Translations under genes and position numbers: made by a program
From: an uncultured Actinomycetes bacterium
Lineage (GTDB): Bacteria > Actinomycetota > Thermoleophilia > Gaiellales > Gaiellaceae
NCBI GenBank assembly: GCA_963836345.1
Contig: CAWIJA010000007.1
Location: 43,092 to 107,091, forward strand
Reading direction: 5' to 3'
DNA: 64,000 bases
Notes under the pieces: model-generated
Seen by the model: only the letters and a program-made list of their open reading frames with translations
Told to the model about the DNA's origin: nothing
The model's database searches: none
Shown here: positions 20,455-30,206 of the stretch, piece after piece
Position numbering within the stretch: position 1 is the first letter of the stretch
Layout: each line of letters opens with the position of its first letter

Positions 20455-20683
20455 GCCTGCCGACGAGGTGAAACGCGAGATCGAGTCCGAGCGCGAGCAA
20501 CTCGGGAGCGCCGTGCGCACCCTGCGTTCGCAGGCCGGCGTGATGCGGCGGCGGTTGCCGCTGATCGCGGCCGGCGCGGCGGGCGCGGCGCTGGTTCTCC
20601 GGACGGCCCGCAGGCGCGTTTTTCGGCGCACCACGAAGGGGAAGGAAGACCGTGGACGTTTCTCCTTCCTCGACGGTCGCTGA
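20444..20683 (+). CDS. DUF3618-like small protein
   Basis: ADEVKREIESEREQLGSAVRTLRSQ followed by one TM segment. Usual partner of Holin-X-like genes. Confidence 0.5.
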   Translation: MGPRPADEVKREIESEREQLGSAVRTLRSQAGVMRRRLPLIAAGAAGAALVLRTARRRVFRRTTKGKEDRGRFSFLDGR

Positions 20684-21551
20684 AGAGCGCCGCGTCTCCT
20701 CACCTGTTCGACTTCCGCGCCGCGAGTGGCTCGACGTGCTCAAGCGCACCGGAAAGCGCTTCATCGCCGACGATTGCATGGGCCTCGCCCAGGAGGTGGC
20801 CTTCAGCTCGCTGCTGGCCTTCTTCCCGGCGGTGATTCTGATCATCGGGCTGCTCGGGGTGATCGGGCCGGGTGCCTACGACTCTCTCCACCACCTCCTC
20901 GGCACCGTCGCCCCCGGCGCTGTGCTGGACGCGATCGACGTCGCCAAGCAGAGCGCCCAGAACCGGGGCGGGTCTGCAGTCGCGCTGGCGGTCGGCACGA
21001 TCGGCGCACTCTGGGCCGCGAGCGGCGCCACGGGCTCGGTGATCAAGGCGGTGAACCGGGCGAACGAGCTACCGGAAGAGCGGCCCTTCTGGCGCGTGCG
21101 GCTGCTCGCGATCGGGCTCGTTCTCGCCACGGGGTTCGTTACCGCCGCGGTCTTCGTCCTGATCGTCTTCGGAGGCCCGCTCGGGGACGCGGTCGCGCGG
21201 AAGGCGCACCTCGGCAGCGGGTTCACGACGGTCTGGGATGCGCTCCGCTGGCCGATCGGCTTCGTCGGGATCCTCGTCTTCTTCGCGCTCGTCTACTACC
21301 TGGCACCCAGCCGGCGGCCCCCGGGCCTGCGCTGGATCTCCCCCGGGTCCTTGCTCGGCGCGCTGCTCTGGCTCGCGCTCTCGGGCCTGTTCGCGCTGTA
21401 CACGAGCTTCTCCGGTTCGTACGACAGGACGTACGGCTCGCTGGCGGGCGCGATCGTGCTGCTGCTCTGGCTCTACTACTCGGCGATTGCGCTCCTGCTC
21501 GGCGCCGAGCTGAACGCGGAGCTCGACCGGCGCGCGGCTAGACCGCTCTGA
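20652..21551 (+). CDS. YihY/BrkB family membrane protein
   Basis: RFIADDCMGLAQEVAFSSLLAFFPAVILIIGLLG..., polytopic, C-terminal LLLWLYYSAIALLLGAELNAEL. Confidence 0.8.
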   Translation: MDVSPSSTVAEERRVSSPVRLPRREWLDVLKRTGKRFIADDCMGLAQEVAFSSLLAFFPAVILIIGLLGVIGPGAYDSLHHLLGTVAPGAVLDAIDVAKQSAQNRGGSAVALAVGTIGALWAASGATGSVIKAVNRANELPEERPFWRVRLLAIGLVLATGFVTAAVFVLIVFGGPLGDAVARKAHLGSGFTTVWDALRWPIGFVGILVFFALVYYLAPSRRPPGLRWISPGSLLGALLWLALSGLFALYTSFSGSYDRTYGSLAGAIVLLLWLYYSAIALLLGAELNAELDRRAARPL

Positions 21552-22197
21552 ACGACCCGCGCAGGCTCGGCGTCGCGTCCGAGCGATAGGTGTAGAGCCC
21601 TCGCTTCAGCGTCAGCCGCCAGGTCACCGTGGACTTGCCGGGCCTGGACGTGGCGCGGTTCACACCGGGGCCGGCGAGGTGGAAGTTGTCCTTCGCCGAG
21701 CGGTCGCGGACGACCACCACGACCGGACCGGCGGCGAGGGTCTTCAGGCGCGCGCCTGCTCTGGTGACCGCGATGGTCGGCCCGGATCCGACCCGCGCCC
21801 CCAGCGAGATCGGCTTCGGCGCCGGCGTGGTCGTCGTGGTCGCCGGGGCCGTCCCGACGGTGAAGTCGCCTTTCATCGTCGTGGGGTGCGCGTCGCACTG
21901 GTAGTGGTACCGGCCGTTCACGAAGGTGACCGTCCAGACGAAGCTGCCCGTCTGCTCGATATCGGTTGCCTGGTCGACACCCGGCCCGGTGAGGTGGAAG
22001 TTGTGAATGGCGGCCTTGTCCTCGACCTGGATCGTGTACGTGCCCGGATCGAGGTGCGTGACCGCGTTTCCGGTCACGTCCGCGAGGCGAATCTGGAAGC
22101 CAGGGCCCACCGTCGCGACGAGCGTGGGGCTCTGCGCCCCGGCGTCACCCGCGAAGACGGCCAGTGCTGCGACTGCGGCGGCAAGCAGAGTGCGCAT
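21538..22197 (-). CDS. secreted two-domain cupredoxin-like protein
   Basis: Signal peptide MRTLLAAAVAALAVFAGDAGA. Domain 1 has HNFH...YHYQCDAHPTTMKG (His/Cys/His/Met type-1 Cu pattern). Domain 2 repeats the fold (NFHLAGPGVN...YTYRSDATPSLRG) without the ligands. Confidence 0.65.
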   Translation of the reverse strand: MRTLLAAAVAALAVFAGDAGAQSPTLVATVGPGFQIRLADVTGNAVTHLDPGTYTIQVEDKAAIHNFHLTGPGVDQATDIEQTGSFVWTVTFVNGRYHYQCDAHPTTMKGDFTVGTAPATTTTTPAPKPISLGARVGSGPTIAVTRAGARLKTLAAGPVVVVVRDRSAKDNFHLAGPGVNRATSRPGKSTVTWRLTLKRGLYTYRSDATPSLRGSFRAV

Positions 22198-22244
22198 CCG
22201 ACCGGGAGGTACGAGCCTTCCGACGGATCGGATTGCGTGGCGTC

Positions 22245-24536
22245 TCAGCCGGTGCGGAGCTCGGCTCCGAAATTCTCGTAGAGCGCCTCGACGATACGCG
22301 CGCGAAGCGTGGCCGCGTCGTCGTCGGTGAGCGTCCGCTCCGGTGACTGGAACACGACCCTGATGGCGAGCGACTTCCGGCCTTCGCCGACCTGGTCACC
22401 GCGGTAGACGTCGAAGACCTTCGCCTCGCGGAGGTCGGCACCCGCAGCCTCCTTGGCTGTCGCGACGAGCGCGGCTGCCGGAACGTCCTCGTCGACTACC
22501 ACGGCCAGGTCCTGACGCACCGGCGGGTACGTCAGCACGTCCTCGTATGTGATTGCGTCCGGAACGCGCGCGAAGAGCGTCGCGAGATCCAACTCGAACG
22601 CGCTCCAGCCCCGCAGCAGGCCCGGGTGGAGCTCCCCCACCCAGCCGGCCTCGATCCCCGCCGCCTTGCCGGGGTGGAGGAATGCCTCGGTCGTGCGCTC
22701 GAAGCGATCGGTGACGTGCAGTGCTGCAAGCAACGTCTCGACGATGCCCTTCGCCCGGAAGAACCGGTCGGACACGATCCCGGCGACGTGCCAGCGCTCC
22801 CCTGGGAGCTCGTCGGACGAGGGTAGGTACACCCGAGCGATCTCGAAGAGCGCGATCTCGAGCGCGCCCGCGTCGAGGTTCCGGCGCGCGGCCTCGACGA
22901 GGCTTGGCAGCAGCGCGGTGCGCAGGGCGGCGTGCTCGGTCGTCAGCGGTTCCGGGAGACGGAGCCCATCAGGGCTCATGTCCGCATGCACCAGGCTGGG
23001 CGTGTACGTCTCGGAGAGACCGCAGCCGAGCAGCACCTCCTCGACCTCCCTTCTGAGGCGCTGCTCGCGGCTCAATCGACCGAACAGCTCGCGCCGATCC
23101 GGCAGTGTGAACGGCACGCGGTCGAGCTCGAAGCGCGCGATCTCCTCGACGAGGTCGATCTCGCGCGTGACATCTCGAGAGCGCCAGCTCGGGACGACCA
23201 CCTGCCAGTCGTCGGCGACGGCGAACCCGAGCCGGTCGAGGATCTCTCGCTGCCGTTCGGGCGAGGTGATCACGCCGTTCATCGCGTCCGCGCGCTCCGG
23301 TCGGAACCTCACCACGGGCGGCGCTCGAAGCTCGGCGCGCACGTCCGCTGCGCCGGTCCAATGGCCGCCCGAGAGCTCGACGATCAGCTGCGTCGCCAAT
23401 CGGGCGGCCGGCCCTGCGAGATGCGGGTCGACGCCCTTCTCCCAACGGTTCGAGCCGTCCGTTCGCAGCCCGAGCCGCTCGGAGGTGCGCAGGATTCCGA
23501 CGGGCTCGAAGTTCGCCGCCTCGAGCAGCACCTCGGTCGTGTCGTCGCCGACCTCGCTGTCGATCCCGCCCATGATCGCCGCCAGCGCGACGGGGCGAGC
23601 GGCATCGGCGATCACTAGGTCAGTCGGCTGGAGTCGTCGGAGGTCGCCGTCGAGCGTCGTGATCTGCTCGCCGGCCGCGGCGCGGCGGACGACGATGCGC
23701 CCTTCCGAGAGCTTCGTTCGGTCGAAGGCGTGGAGCGGGCTGCCGAGCGCGTGCATGACGTAGTTCGTCACGTCGACTACGTTCGAGATCGGACGCAGCC
23801 CTGAGGCGACCAGTCGCGCCTTCAGCCAGGGCGGCGAAGGGCCGATCGCGACGTCGTGGAAGACACGGGCGATGTAGACCGGGCAGCCGGCGGTGTCCTC
23901 GACCCGGACGTCGACCGGTTCGTCCCCGGCCGGTGGCGGTTCCTCACCGGGCGGGGGCGCCAGGTCCAGCCGGAAGAGCGCTGCCACTTCACGGGCCAGC
24001 CCGTAGACGGAGAGCAAGTCGGGCCGGTTGCCGGTGACCTCGACCTCGAGCACGTCGTCGGCGACCGCGAACAGGTCGCCGAGCGGCGTCCCCGGCTCAG
24101 CCGGATCGGGGAGCACGAGGATCCCGGAGTGATCCTGGCCCAGATCCAGCTCCTTCTCCGAGAGGATCATCCCGTCCGAGACGGTCCCGCGCAGCTTCGC
24201 GCGCTCGAGCTTCGTCCCCCCGGGGAGGACGGCGCCGGGCAGAGCGACGGCAACGGTCGCGCCAGTGCCGAAGTTCCAGGCGCCGCAGACGATCTGGCGC
24301 GGTTCCTGCTCGCCGACGTCGACGTGACACAGCTGGAGCCGGTCGGCGTTCGGATGCTTCCCCGCCTCGACGACATATCCGACGCGGAAGTAGTCGAGGT
24401 TGCCGGCGACGTCCGGAGCCCCGCGATGCTCGATTCGCTCGACCTCGCACGCCGAGGTCGCAAGGCGTGTCGCGAGCTCGTCCAGCGGGACGTCGATCGC
24501 GACGTAGTCGCGTAACCAGGAAAGCGGGACACGCAT
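22245..24536 (-). CDS. pheT: phenylalanine--tRNA ligase beta subunit
   Basis: ATG 24536 (MRVPLSWLRDYVAIDVPLDELATRLATSACEVERIE...). The upstream 460 aa of track ORF 22245..25925 are an out-of-frame read across pheS. The start overlaps the pheS stop (TGATG). Confidence 0.92.
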   Translation of the reverse strand: MRVPLSWLRDYVAIDVPLDELATRLATSACEVERIEHRGAPDVAGNLDYFRVGYVVEAGKHPNADRLQLCHVDVGEQEPRQIVCGAWNFGTGATVAVALPGAVLPGGTKLERAKLRGTVSDGMILSEKELDLGQDHSGILVLPDPAEPGTPLGDLFAVADDVLEVEVTGNRPDLLSVYGLAREVAALFRLDLAPPPGEEPPPAGDEPVDVRVEDTAGCPVYIARVFHDVAIGPSPPWLKARLVASGLRPISNVVDVTNYVMHALGSPLHAFDRTKLSEGRIVVRRAAAGEQITTLDGDLRRLQPTDLVIADAARPVALAAIMGGIDSEVGDDTTEVLLEAANFEPVGILRTSERLGLRTDGSNRWEKGVDPHLAGPAARLATQLIVELSGGHWTGAADVRAELRAPPVVRFRPERADAMNGVITSPERQREILDRLGFAVADDWQVVVPSWRSRDVTREIDLVEEIARFELDRVPFTLPDRRELFGRLSREQRLRREVEEVLLGCGLSETYTPSLVHADMSPDGLRLPEPLTTEHAALRTALLPSLVEAARRNLDAGALEIALFEIARVYLPSSDELPGERWHVAGIVSDRFFRAKGIVETLLAALHVTDRFERTTEAFLHPGKAAGIEAGWVGELHPGLLRGWSAFELDLATLFARVPDAITYEDVLTYPPVRQDLAVVVDEDVPAAALVATAKEAAGADLREAKVFDVYRGDQVGEGRKSLAIRVVFQSPERTLTDDDAATLRARIVEALYENFGAELRTG

Positions 24537-25531
24537 CAGAACTGCGAGATCACGCGCAAGTCCGAGTCCCAGAGCAGGCGAACGTCCGGGACGCCGTGCC
24601 TGAGCTGTGCGATCCGTTCGAGGCCGAGCCCGAACGCGAAGCCGGACACCTCCTCGGGGTCGTAGCCGACGAACTCGAGCACGGCCGGGTCGACCATTCC
24701 GGAGCCGCCCATCTCGATCCACCCCGAGTGCTTGCAGATCTGGCATCCCTGCCCGTCGCACTGGAAGCAGGAGACGTCGGGCTCCAGCGACGGCTCCGTG
24801 AACGGGAAGTAATGCGTCCGGAAGCGCACACGGCGTTCTTCTCCGAGCAGCGCCCGCATCAGGTGGAGCAGCGTGCCCTTCAGGTCGCCGAGCGTGATCC
24901 CACGGTCGACGGCGAGCCCCTCGACCTGATGGAAGATCGGATAGTGGGTCGCGTCGATCGTGTCCCGCCGGTACACGCGACCGTGCGAGATCATGTACAC
25001 GGGCGGCTGCCGCGCCTCCATCACGCGGATCTGGGAGGGCGAGGTCTCGGTGCGGAGCAGCGTCTGCTCGTCGAGGAAGAGCGAGTTGTGGCGTGACCGG
25101 GCCGGGTGCCACGCTGGGAAGTTGAGCGCGTCGAAGTTGTAGTGCGTGGTCTCGACCTCGCGGCCGTCGACGACCTCGTACCCGAGCCCGAGGAAGACCG
25201 CCTCGACCTCGCGCCGGATCTGCGAGATCAGGTGACGGTGGCCACGCGGGACCTCCTCGCCCGGAAGGGTGACGTCGACGACCTCCTCGGTAAGCGCGCG
25301 GTCGAGGTCCGCCTGCTGGAGCACATCGCGACGCTCGGCGACGGCCTGCTCGATCCGCTCGCGGAGGGTGTTCAGCACGGCGCCGCTGTCGCGGTCGCGG
25401 ACCTCGCGAAGCGCCTGCTTCAGCTCGCTCTTCCGGCCGAGGTATCGCACGCGCGCATCGTCGAGCTCGACGAGCGTCGAAGCGCCCGAAATGGCGCTCA
25501 GAGCCTCGTTTTCGAGCTGCTCGGCGTCCAT
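24536..25531 (-). CDS. pheS: phenylalanine--tRNA ligase alpha subunit
   Basis: 331 aa: HPARSRHNSLFL, RTETSPSQIRVME, FTEPSLEPDV, GSGMVDP, FGLGLERIA. Confidence 0.92.
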   Translation of the reverse strand: MDAEQLENEALSAISGASTLVELDDARVRYLGRKSELKQALREVRDRDSGAVLNTLRERIEQAVAERRDVLQQADLDRALTEEVVDVTLPGEEVPRGHRHLISQIRREVEAVFLGLGYEVVDGREVETTHYNFDALNFPAWHPARSRHNSLFLDEQTLLRTETSPSQIRVMEARQPPVYMISHGRVYRRDTIDATHYPIFHQVEGLAVDRGITLGDLKGTLLHLMRALLGEERRVRFRTHYFPFTEPSLEPDVSCFQCDGQGCQICKHSGWIEMGGSGMVDPAVLEFVGYDPEEVSGFAFGLGLERIAQLRHGVPDVRLLWDSDLRVISQF

Positions 25532-25670
25532 TCGGCGACTGTATCATCGGCTTTCGCGCCGCCTTCGCCGGCACTCTGCCCGGATTCGCCGCCTGCCGGT
25601 ACCCCTGACCTCCTCCCCGCTGCGAGCATAGCGGTGATCCCGTCAGACGACTGCGACGGAACGGTGGCGA

Positions 25671-26435
25671 ATGCGTGACAACCGATCCCCAACCCGGAAA
25701 GCCGATGGTCCTCCGGTGAGTGCCTACGACCGGATCGCCGAGCTCTACGACCCGTGGAGCCGGAGCGTCACCGAGGACATCGGCTTCTACGTGGCCGAAG
25801 CGCGCAAGGCCGCAGGCGCTGGGCCTGCCCGCATGCCCGTCGTCGAGCTGGGCGTGGGCACGGGACGCATCGCCGTCCCGACTGCACAGGCAGGGGTGCC
25901 GGTGATCGGGGTCGACTCCTCCCAAGCGATGCTCGAGGTCTGCAGGGGCCGCGCCGAGGCCGAGGGCGCCGCTTCACTGCTGGACCTCAGGCTGGGCGAC
26001 TTCCGCGACCCCCCCGTGCCCGAGCGCGTCCTCCTGGTCACATGTCCCTTTCGCGCGTACCTGCACCTCGACTCGGACGCGGAGCGCCTGTCAGCGCTGC
26101 GACGTGCCCGGGAGCTCCTCCTGCCGGGTGGTCGTCTCGTGTTCGACGTGTTCGCACCGTCGCGAGATGACGTCGAGGAGACGAACGGGCGGTGGCTCGA
26201 GCGCGAGCCGGGAATCTGGGAGCGAGCCGACTGGGACGAGGCAGCGCGGCTGCTCGTGCTCCGGGTTCGCGGAGGCGAGACGGTCGCCACGATGACGCTG
26301 TCCTGGCTGTCCGCCGGCGAATGGGCTGCCCTGCTCGAACGGGCAGGCTTCGAGATCGAGGCGTGCTACGGCTGGTTCGACCGCCGGCCGTACGAGGGCG
26401 GCGAGGACTCGATCTGGCTCGCACGGCGCACGTGA
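25671..26435 (+). CDS. class I SAM-dependent methyltransferase
   Basis: VVELGVGTGRIAVPTAQAGVPVIGVDSSQAML (motif I plus the acidic post-I residue). Confidence 0.75.
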   Translation: MRDNRSPTRKADGPPVSAYDRIAELYDPWSRSVTEDIGFYVAEARKAAGAGPARMPVVELGVGTGRIAVPTAQAGVPVIGVDSSQAMLEVCRGRAEAEGAASLLDLRLGDFRDPPVPERVLLVTCPFRAYLHLDSDAERLSALRRARELLLPGGRLVFDVFAPSRDDVEETNGRWLEREPGIWERADWDEAARLLVLRVRGGETVATMTLSWLSAGEWAALLERAGFEIEACYGWFDRRPYEGGEDSIWLARRT

Positions 26436-26450
26436 CATAGGGTTCGCCTC

Positions 26451-27044
26451 GTGATCTGGGTCGTCGTCATCGTCGTCGCGATCGTCGTCCTGCTGCTGCT
26501 CGTGCTCGTCGGCATGTTCAACAAGCTCGTGCGGCTGCGGAACCGGTCGGAGAACGCGTGGGCGCAGGTCGACGTCCAGCTTCGGAAGCGGTACGACCTG
26601 ATCCCGAACCTCGTCGAGACCGTGAAGGGCTACGCCGCACACGAGCGTCAGACCTTCGAGGAGGTCACGCGTGCCCGGACGGCAGCGCAGCAGGCGCAGG
26701 GGGTGGCGCAGCAGGCGCAGGCCGAGAACATGCTCACGGCCGCGATCGGCCGGCTGTTCGCTGTCGCCGAGGCGTACCCGCAGCTGCGGGCGACCGAGAA
26801 CTTCCAGCAGCTCCAGGGGCAACTGTCCGACGTCGAGCAGCAGATCGCAATTGCACGTCAGGTCTACAACGACACGGTGCTCAGCTACGACAACGCGTTG
26901 GAGACCGTTCCGACGAACATCATCGCCGGGATGTTCAACTTCCGGCCGCGCGAGTACTTCCAGACCGAGGAAGCGACCCGCGAGGCGCCCCGCGTCCAGT
27001 TCACCGAGCCCCAGGCGACCCCGCCGCCGAGCCAGACCGGCTGA
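26451..27044 (+). CDS. lemA: LemA family protein
   Basis: N-terminal TM helix, then FNKLVRLRNRSENAWAQVDVQLRKRYDLIPNLVETVKGYAAHE. Confidence 0.85.
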   Translation: MIWVVVIVVAIVVLLLLVLVGMFNKLVRLRNRSENAWAQVDVQLRKRYDLIPNLVETVKGYAAHERQTFEEVTRARTAAQQAQGVAQQAQAENMLTAAIGRLFAVAEAYPQLRATENFQQLQGQLSDVEQQIAIARQVYNDTVLSYDNALETVPTNIIAGMFNFRPREYFQTEEATREAPRVQFTEPQATPPPSQTG

Positions 27045-28921
27045 TGCGTCGCAGATGGCTGTTCGTGGCGGCGACGCTCGTCGCGTTCGCGCTGCCCGCT
27101 GCGGCGAACGCGTACAGCCTGCCGAGCGCCGACGTGGCGGTCCGCGTCACCCCCGACGGGTCGCTCCTCGTCGCCGAGCGGATCACGATCGAAGGCGCAT
27201 TCCACGGTGCCTACAGAGACATCCCGCTCCGCAAGGGCGAGTCGATCGACCGGATCGCGGTCGGCGAGGGCGAGACGCGCTACACACGCGGAGGGAGCAC
27301 GAAGCTCGGCAGCATCGACACCCCGAACACCTTCAACTACGAGTCGACCGGCAACCGCGTCCGGATCGTGTGGCATTTCCAGGCCGCCGGGGAACCCCGG
27401 ACGTTCACCGTCTCCTACCGGTTTCGGGGCCTGACTGTCGTGTACGACGACGTCGCCGACGTCGACCTCAAGGTCTGGGGCCCGAACTGGGATTCGCCGC
27501 TCGCGAACCTGACCTCGGCGCTGACACTCCCGCGTCCGGCCTCGCTCGGCTCCTCCTACCGGGTGTACGGACACCCGGCCTGGGTCAACGGGGTCGTCAC
27601 GCGAACGGCGCGCGGGGCCACTCTCCGCGCGGTGAACGTGCCGAGCCATCAGTTCGTCGAGCTCCGAGTGGTCTTCCCTCGAGCCCTGCTCACGTCCACA
27701 GGCGGCGCGCAGACGCGGTCGGGACCGGGGCTCGCGCGCATCATCCGGGAGGAGGCCGACGACCAGTCCTCGTACCTCTCAGACAAGCGCAAGCTGGACG
27801 ACGCGAAGCATCACATCGGCCGGACGCTGCTCTACTTGCTTCTGCTCGGAGTCGGCCCCGCGCTCGCGGTCGTCCTCCTGGTGTGGCTCGCGTACGGGCG
27901 AGAGCGGCGAACCGGGTACGACCGCGAGTACGAGCAGGAGCCGCCGACCGACACGGAGCCCGCACTCGTGCCACCGCTGCTTCGCCAGGACCGAACCCCC
28001 GGCTCGCCCGAGTTCACCGCGACGCTGTTCGATCTCATCCGCCGCGGGCGGTACAAGTCCGCACCCGTCACCACCGAGCGCAGCACCTGGGGCGGCCTGC
28101 GCCACGAGCAGGTCGCGGACCTCCAGCTCACCGTCGGCGACACGTCGGTACAGCTCGCCCGCTTCGAGGAGCCGGTGGCCGACGTGATCGACTCCGCGCT
28201 CGACGCCGACGGCGAGCGGCTGAGCCAGCTGCGGGACAAGATCGAGGGCGATCGCACTCAGAACGCGAAGCGCTTCACCACCTTCAAGTCACGCGTCGGC
28301 ACTGCGATCCGCCAGCACCGGTGGTACACGGATGCCGGCGCGACGGCACTGGGGATCGCGCTCGCCGCCTTCGCGGCTGTCGCCGTGATCCTGCTGTGGA
28401 TCGGAATCGACGGGTGGCGCTCGGCCGCGCCACGCTGGGACGACGTCGTGCTCGTTGCGCTCGGCGGCTGTGCGATCGCGAATACCGCCCTGCTCGGCGT
28501 CGCGATCACCCGGGTCCGCCTCTGGCGCCGCCGGACGAAAGCGGGCGAGACGGAAGCCGAACGGTGGGAGGCGTTTCGCCGGTACTTGACCGACTTCCCG
28601 CGCCTGAAGGACGTGCCGCCTGCGACGCTCGAGCTCTGGGAGCGCTACCTCGTGTACGGGATCACCTTCGGGATCGCCGAGCGTGTGCTCCAGGGCGCGC
28701 ATCTGCACATGCCGCAGGAGCTACACGACCAGAGCACGATCTTCTGGATCAGTCCGACGGGCGACCTGGGCTCGGGGCCGAGCGCGCTCGCGATCGGCGA
28801 CCTCAGTTCCGGGTTCGGCTCCGCGCTGACGCCTCCGTCGTCGAGCTCCGGCGGGTTCGGCGGAGGCTTCTCAGGGGGCGGCGGGGGTGGCGGGGGCGGC
28901 GGGGGCGGCGGCGCCTGGTAG
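27044..28921 (+). CDS. DUF2207-like membrane protein with a poly-Gly C-terminal tail
   Basis: ATG 27044 overlaps the lemA stop (TGATG). Signal peptide MRRRWLFVAATLVAFALPAAANA, extracellular domain, 3-4 TM helices, tail SSSSGGFGGGFSGGGGGGGGGGGGGAW. LemA-DUF2207 is a recurrent gene pair. Confidence 0.7.
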   Translation: MRRRWLFVAATLVAFALPAAANAYSLPSADVAVRVTPDGSLLVAERITIEGAFHGAYRDIPLRKGESIDRIAVGEGETRYTRGGSTKLGSIDTPNTFNYESTGNRVRIVWHFQAAGEPRTFTVSYRFRGLTVVYDDVADVDLKVWGPNWDSPLANLTSALTLPRPASLGSSYRVYGHPAWVNGVVTRTARGATLRAVNVPSHQFVELRVVFPRALLTSTGGAQTRSGPGLARIIREEADDQSSYLSDKRKLDDAKHHIGRTLLYLLLLGVGPALAVVLLVWLAYGRERRTGYDREYEQEPPTDTEPALVPPLLRQDRTPGSPEFTATLFDLIRRGRYKSAPVTTERSTWGGLRHEQVADLQLTVGDTSVQLARFEEPVADVIDSALDADGERLSQLRDKIEGDRTQNAKRFTTFKSRVGTAIRQHRWYTDAGATALGIALAAFAAVAVILLWIGIDGWRSAAPRWDDVVLVALGGCAIANTALLGVAITRVRLWRRRTKAGETEAERWEAFRRYLTDFPRLKDVPPATLELWERYLVYGITFGIAERVLQGAHLHMPQELHDQSTIFWISPTGDLGSGPSALAIGDLSSGFGSALTPPSSSSGGFGGGFSGGGGGGGGGGGGGAW

Positions 28922-29605
28922 TAGGCCGCCCCTGCGACGGCTCATTTCGTAGAGGGCGATCGCCCCGGCGACAGCCACGTTCAGGGACTCGGCGGACTCC
29001 GCCACGGGAATCGAGGCGAGCGCGTCGCACGAGGCGATGATGTCGTCCGGGAGCCCGACGCGCTCGGCGCCGAGGACGAACACCGTCTCGTCACCAAGCT
29101 CGACGTCGGCGAGCGGCCGTCCGCCGTTCGCAACGAGTGCGACCCTGTTGCCCTCGGTCTCGTCGAATCGTCCGATCGGCACGCGGAAGATCGCGCCGGC
29201 GGATGCCCGTAGCGCCTTCGATCCGGTCGGGTCGGCGCACCCCGCCGAGAGGGCGACCGCCGCCCCGAAGGCGTCGGCCGTACGGATCAGCGTGCCGACG
29301 TTCCCCGGGTCTCCCACGTGCCACAGCGCGAGGACACTGCTGCGCCGCTCGTAGCCGGGCAGGTCTTCCTGCCGGAAGATCCCGATCACCCTCGGCGGGT
29401 GCGCAAGCGTCGACACCGACGCCAGCAACTCGGCGCCGACCGTCTCTCCGGCAACGAGGAGGTCGACCGGCTCGATGCCCTCGGACCGCGCCGCCTCGAC
29501 CAGGTCCTCCCCTTCGCAGACGAAGAGGCCGAGCTTCGCGCGCTGGCGACGACTCTGCAGCCGCCGAACGAGCTTCAAGCGCGAGTTCGACGCCGACGTG
29601 ATCAC
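28871..29605 (-). CDS. TrmH/SpoU family RNA 2'-O-methyltransferase
   Basis: NSRLKLVRRLQSRRQR...; GDPGNVGTLIRTADAFG; VLGAERVGLP; SLNVAVAGAIALYE. Typical position downstream of rplT. Confidence 0.75.
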   Translation of the reverse strand: MITSASNSRLKLVRRLQSRRQRAKLGLFVCEGEDLVEAARSEGIEPVDLLVAGETVGAELLASVSTLAHPPRVIGIFRQEDLPGYERRSSVLALWHVGDPGNVGTLIRTADAFGAAVALSAGCADPTGSKALRASAGAIFRVPIGRFDETEGNRVALVANGGRPLADVELGDETVFVLGAERVGLPDDIIASCDALASIPVAESAESLNVAVAGAIALYEMSRRRGGLLPGAAAPAAPATPAAP

Positions 29606-29642
29606 ATCCCCACTCTAGGACGTGGCCCGCCGCGGGAGCCGG

Positions 29643-30002
29643 CTAGCCCTGGAGCGCGGCTTTCGCCTGCTCGGCGATCACCCCGAAGGCGGCGGGGTCG
29701 CTCACGGCGAGGTCTGCGAGCACCTTGCGGTCGAGCTCGATCTCCGCTTTGCGGCAGCCGGCGACGAACTGGTTGTACGAGAGCCCGTGCTGCCTCGCCG
29801 CGGCGTTGATGCGGATGATCCAGAGGCTTCGCATCGTCCTCTTGCGGACCTTCCGGTCGCGATAGGCGTAGACGAGCGAATGGTCGACCTGCTCCTTGGC
29901 GTGGGTATAGGTCTTGGACTTGAGGCCCCAGTAGCCCTTCGCCTGCTCGAGGACCTTGCGCCGCTTCTTGCGCGCGTGGACTGACCGCTTGACGCGTGGC
30001 AT
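29643..30002 (-). CDS. rplT: 50S ribosomal protein L20
   Basis: [39 protein letters not shown]... Confidence 0.95.
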   Translation of the reverse strand: MPRVKRSVHARKKRRKVLEQAKGYWGLKSKTYTHAKEQVDHSLVYAYRDRKVRKRTMRSLWIIRINAAARQHGLSYNQFVAGCRKAEIELDRKVLADLAVSDPAAFGVIAEQAKAALQG

Positions 30003-30011
30003 CTCGTTCTC

Positions 30012-30206
30012 CTAGATCCCGAGCTGCTTGCGGACGGACTTCTTGTCGCTACCCGCGAGCGGCGCGGGTCGGCGGAAGCTCCGCTTCCGCTTCGGCGACT
30101 TCTTCTCCAGCAGGTGGCTCTTCATCGCGCGGCGGCGCAGGAGCTTCCCGCCCGCCGTCACCTTGAACCGCTTCTTCGCTCCGCTGTGCGTCTTCTGTTT
30201 CGGCAT
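30012..30206 (-). CDS. rpmI: 50S ribosomal protein L35
   Basis: ATG 30206 with AGGAGA upstream. [37 protein letters not shown]. Confidence 0.9.
   Translation of the reverse strand: MPKQKTHSGAKKRFKVTAGGKLLRRRAMKSHLLEKKSPKRKRSFRRPAPLAGSDKKSVRKQLGI

Noticed and set aside
24537-25925. N-terminal 460 aa of the 1226-aa track ORF 22245..25925.
   Set aside because: This is an out-of-frame read across pheS and its upstream region. pheT starts at ATG 24536 (MRVPLSWLRDY), overlapping the pheS stop.
26558-27043. Upstream part of track ORF 26558..28921 overlapping lemA.
   Set aside because: It is out of frame with the well-supported LemA sequence. The DUF2207-like protein begins with its signal peptide at ATG 27044.
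28855-28921. Short tandem GGC/GGG repeats considered as a possible repeat array.
   Set aside because: It is a coding poly-Gly tract with no spacer structure. It is not CRISPR-like.
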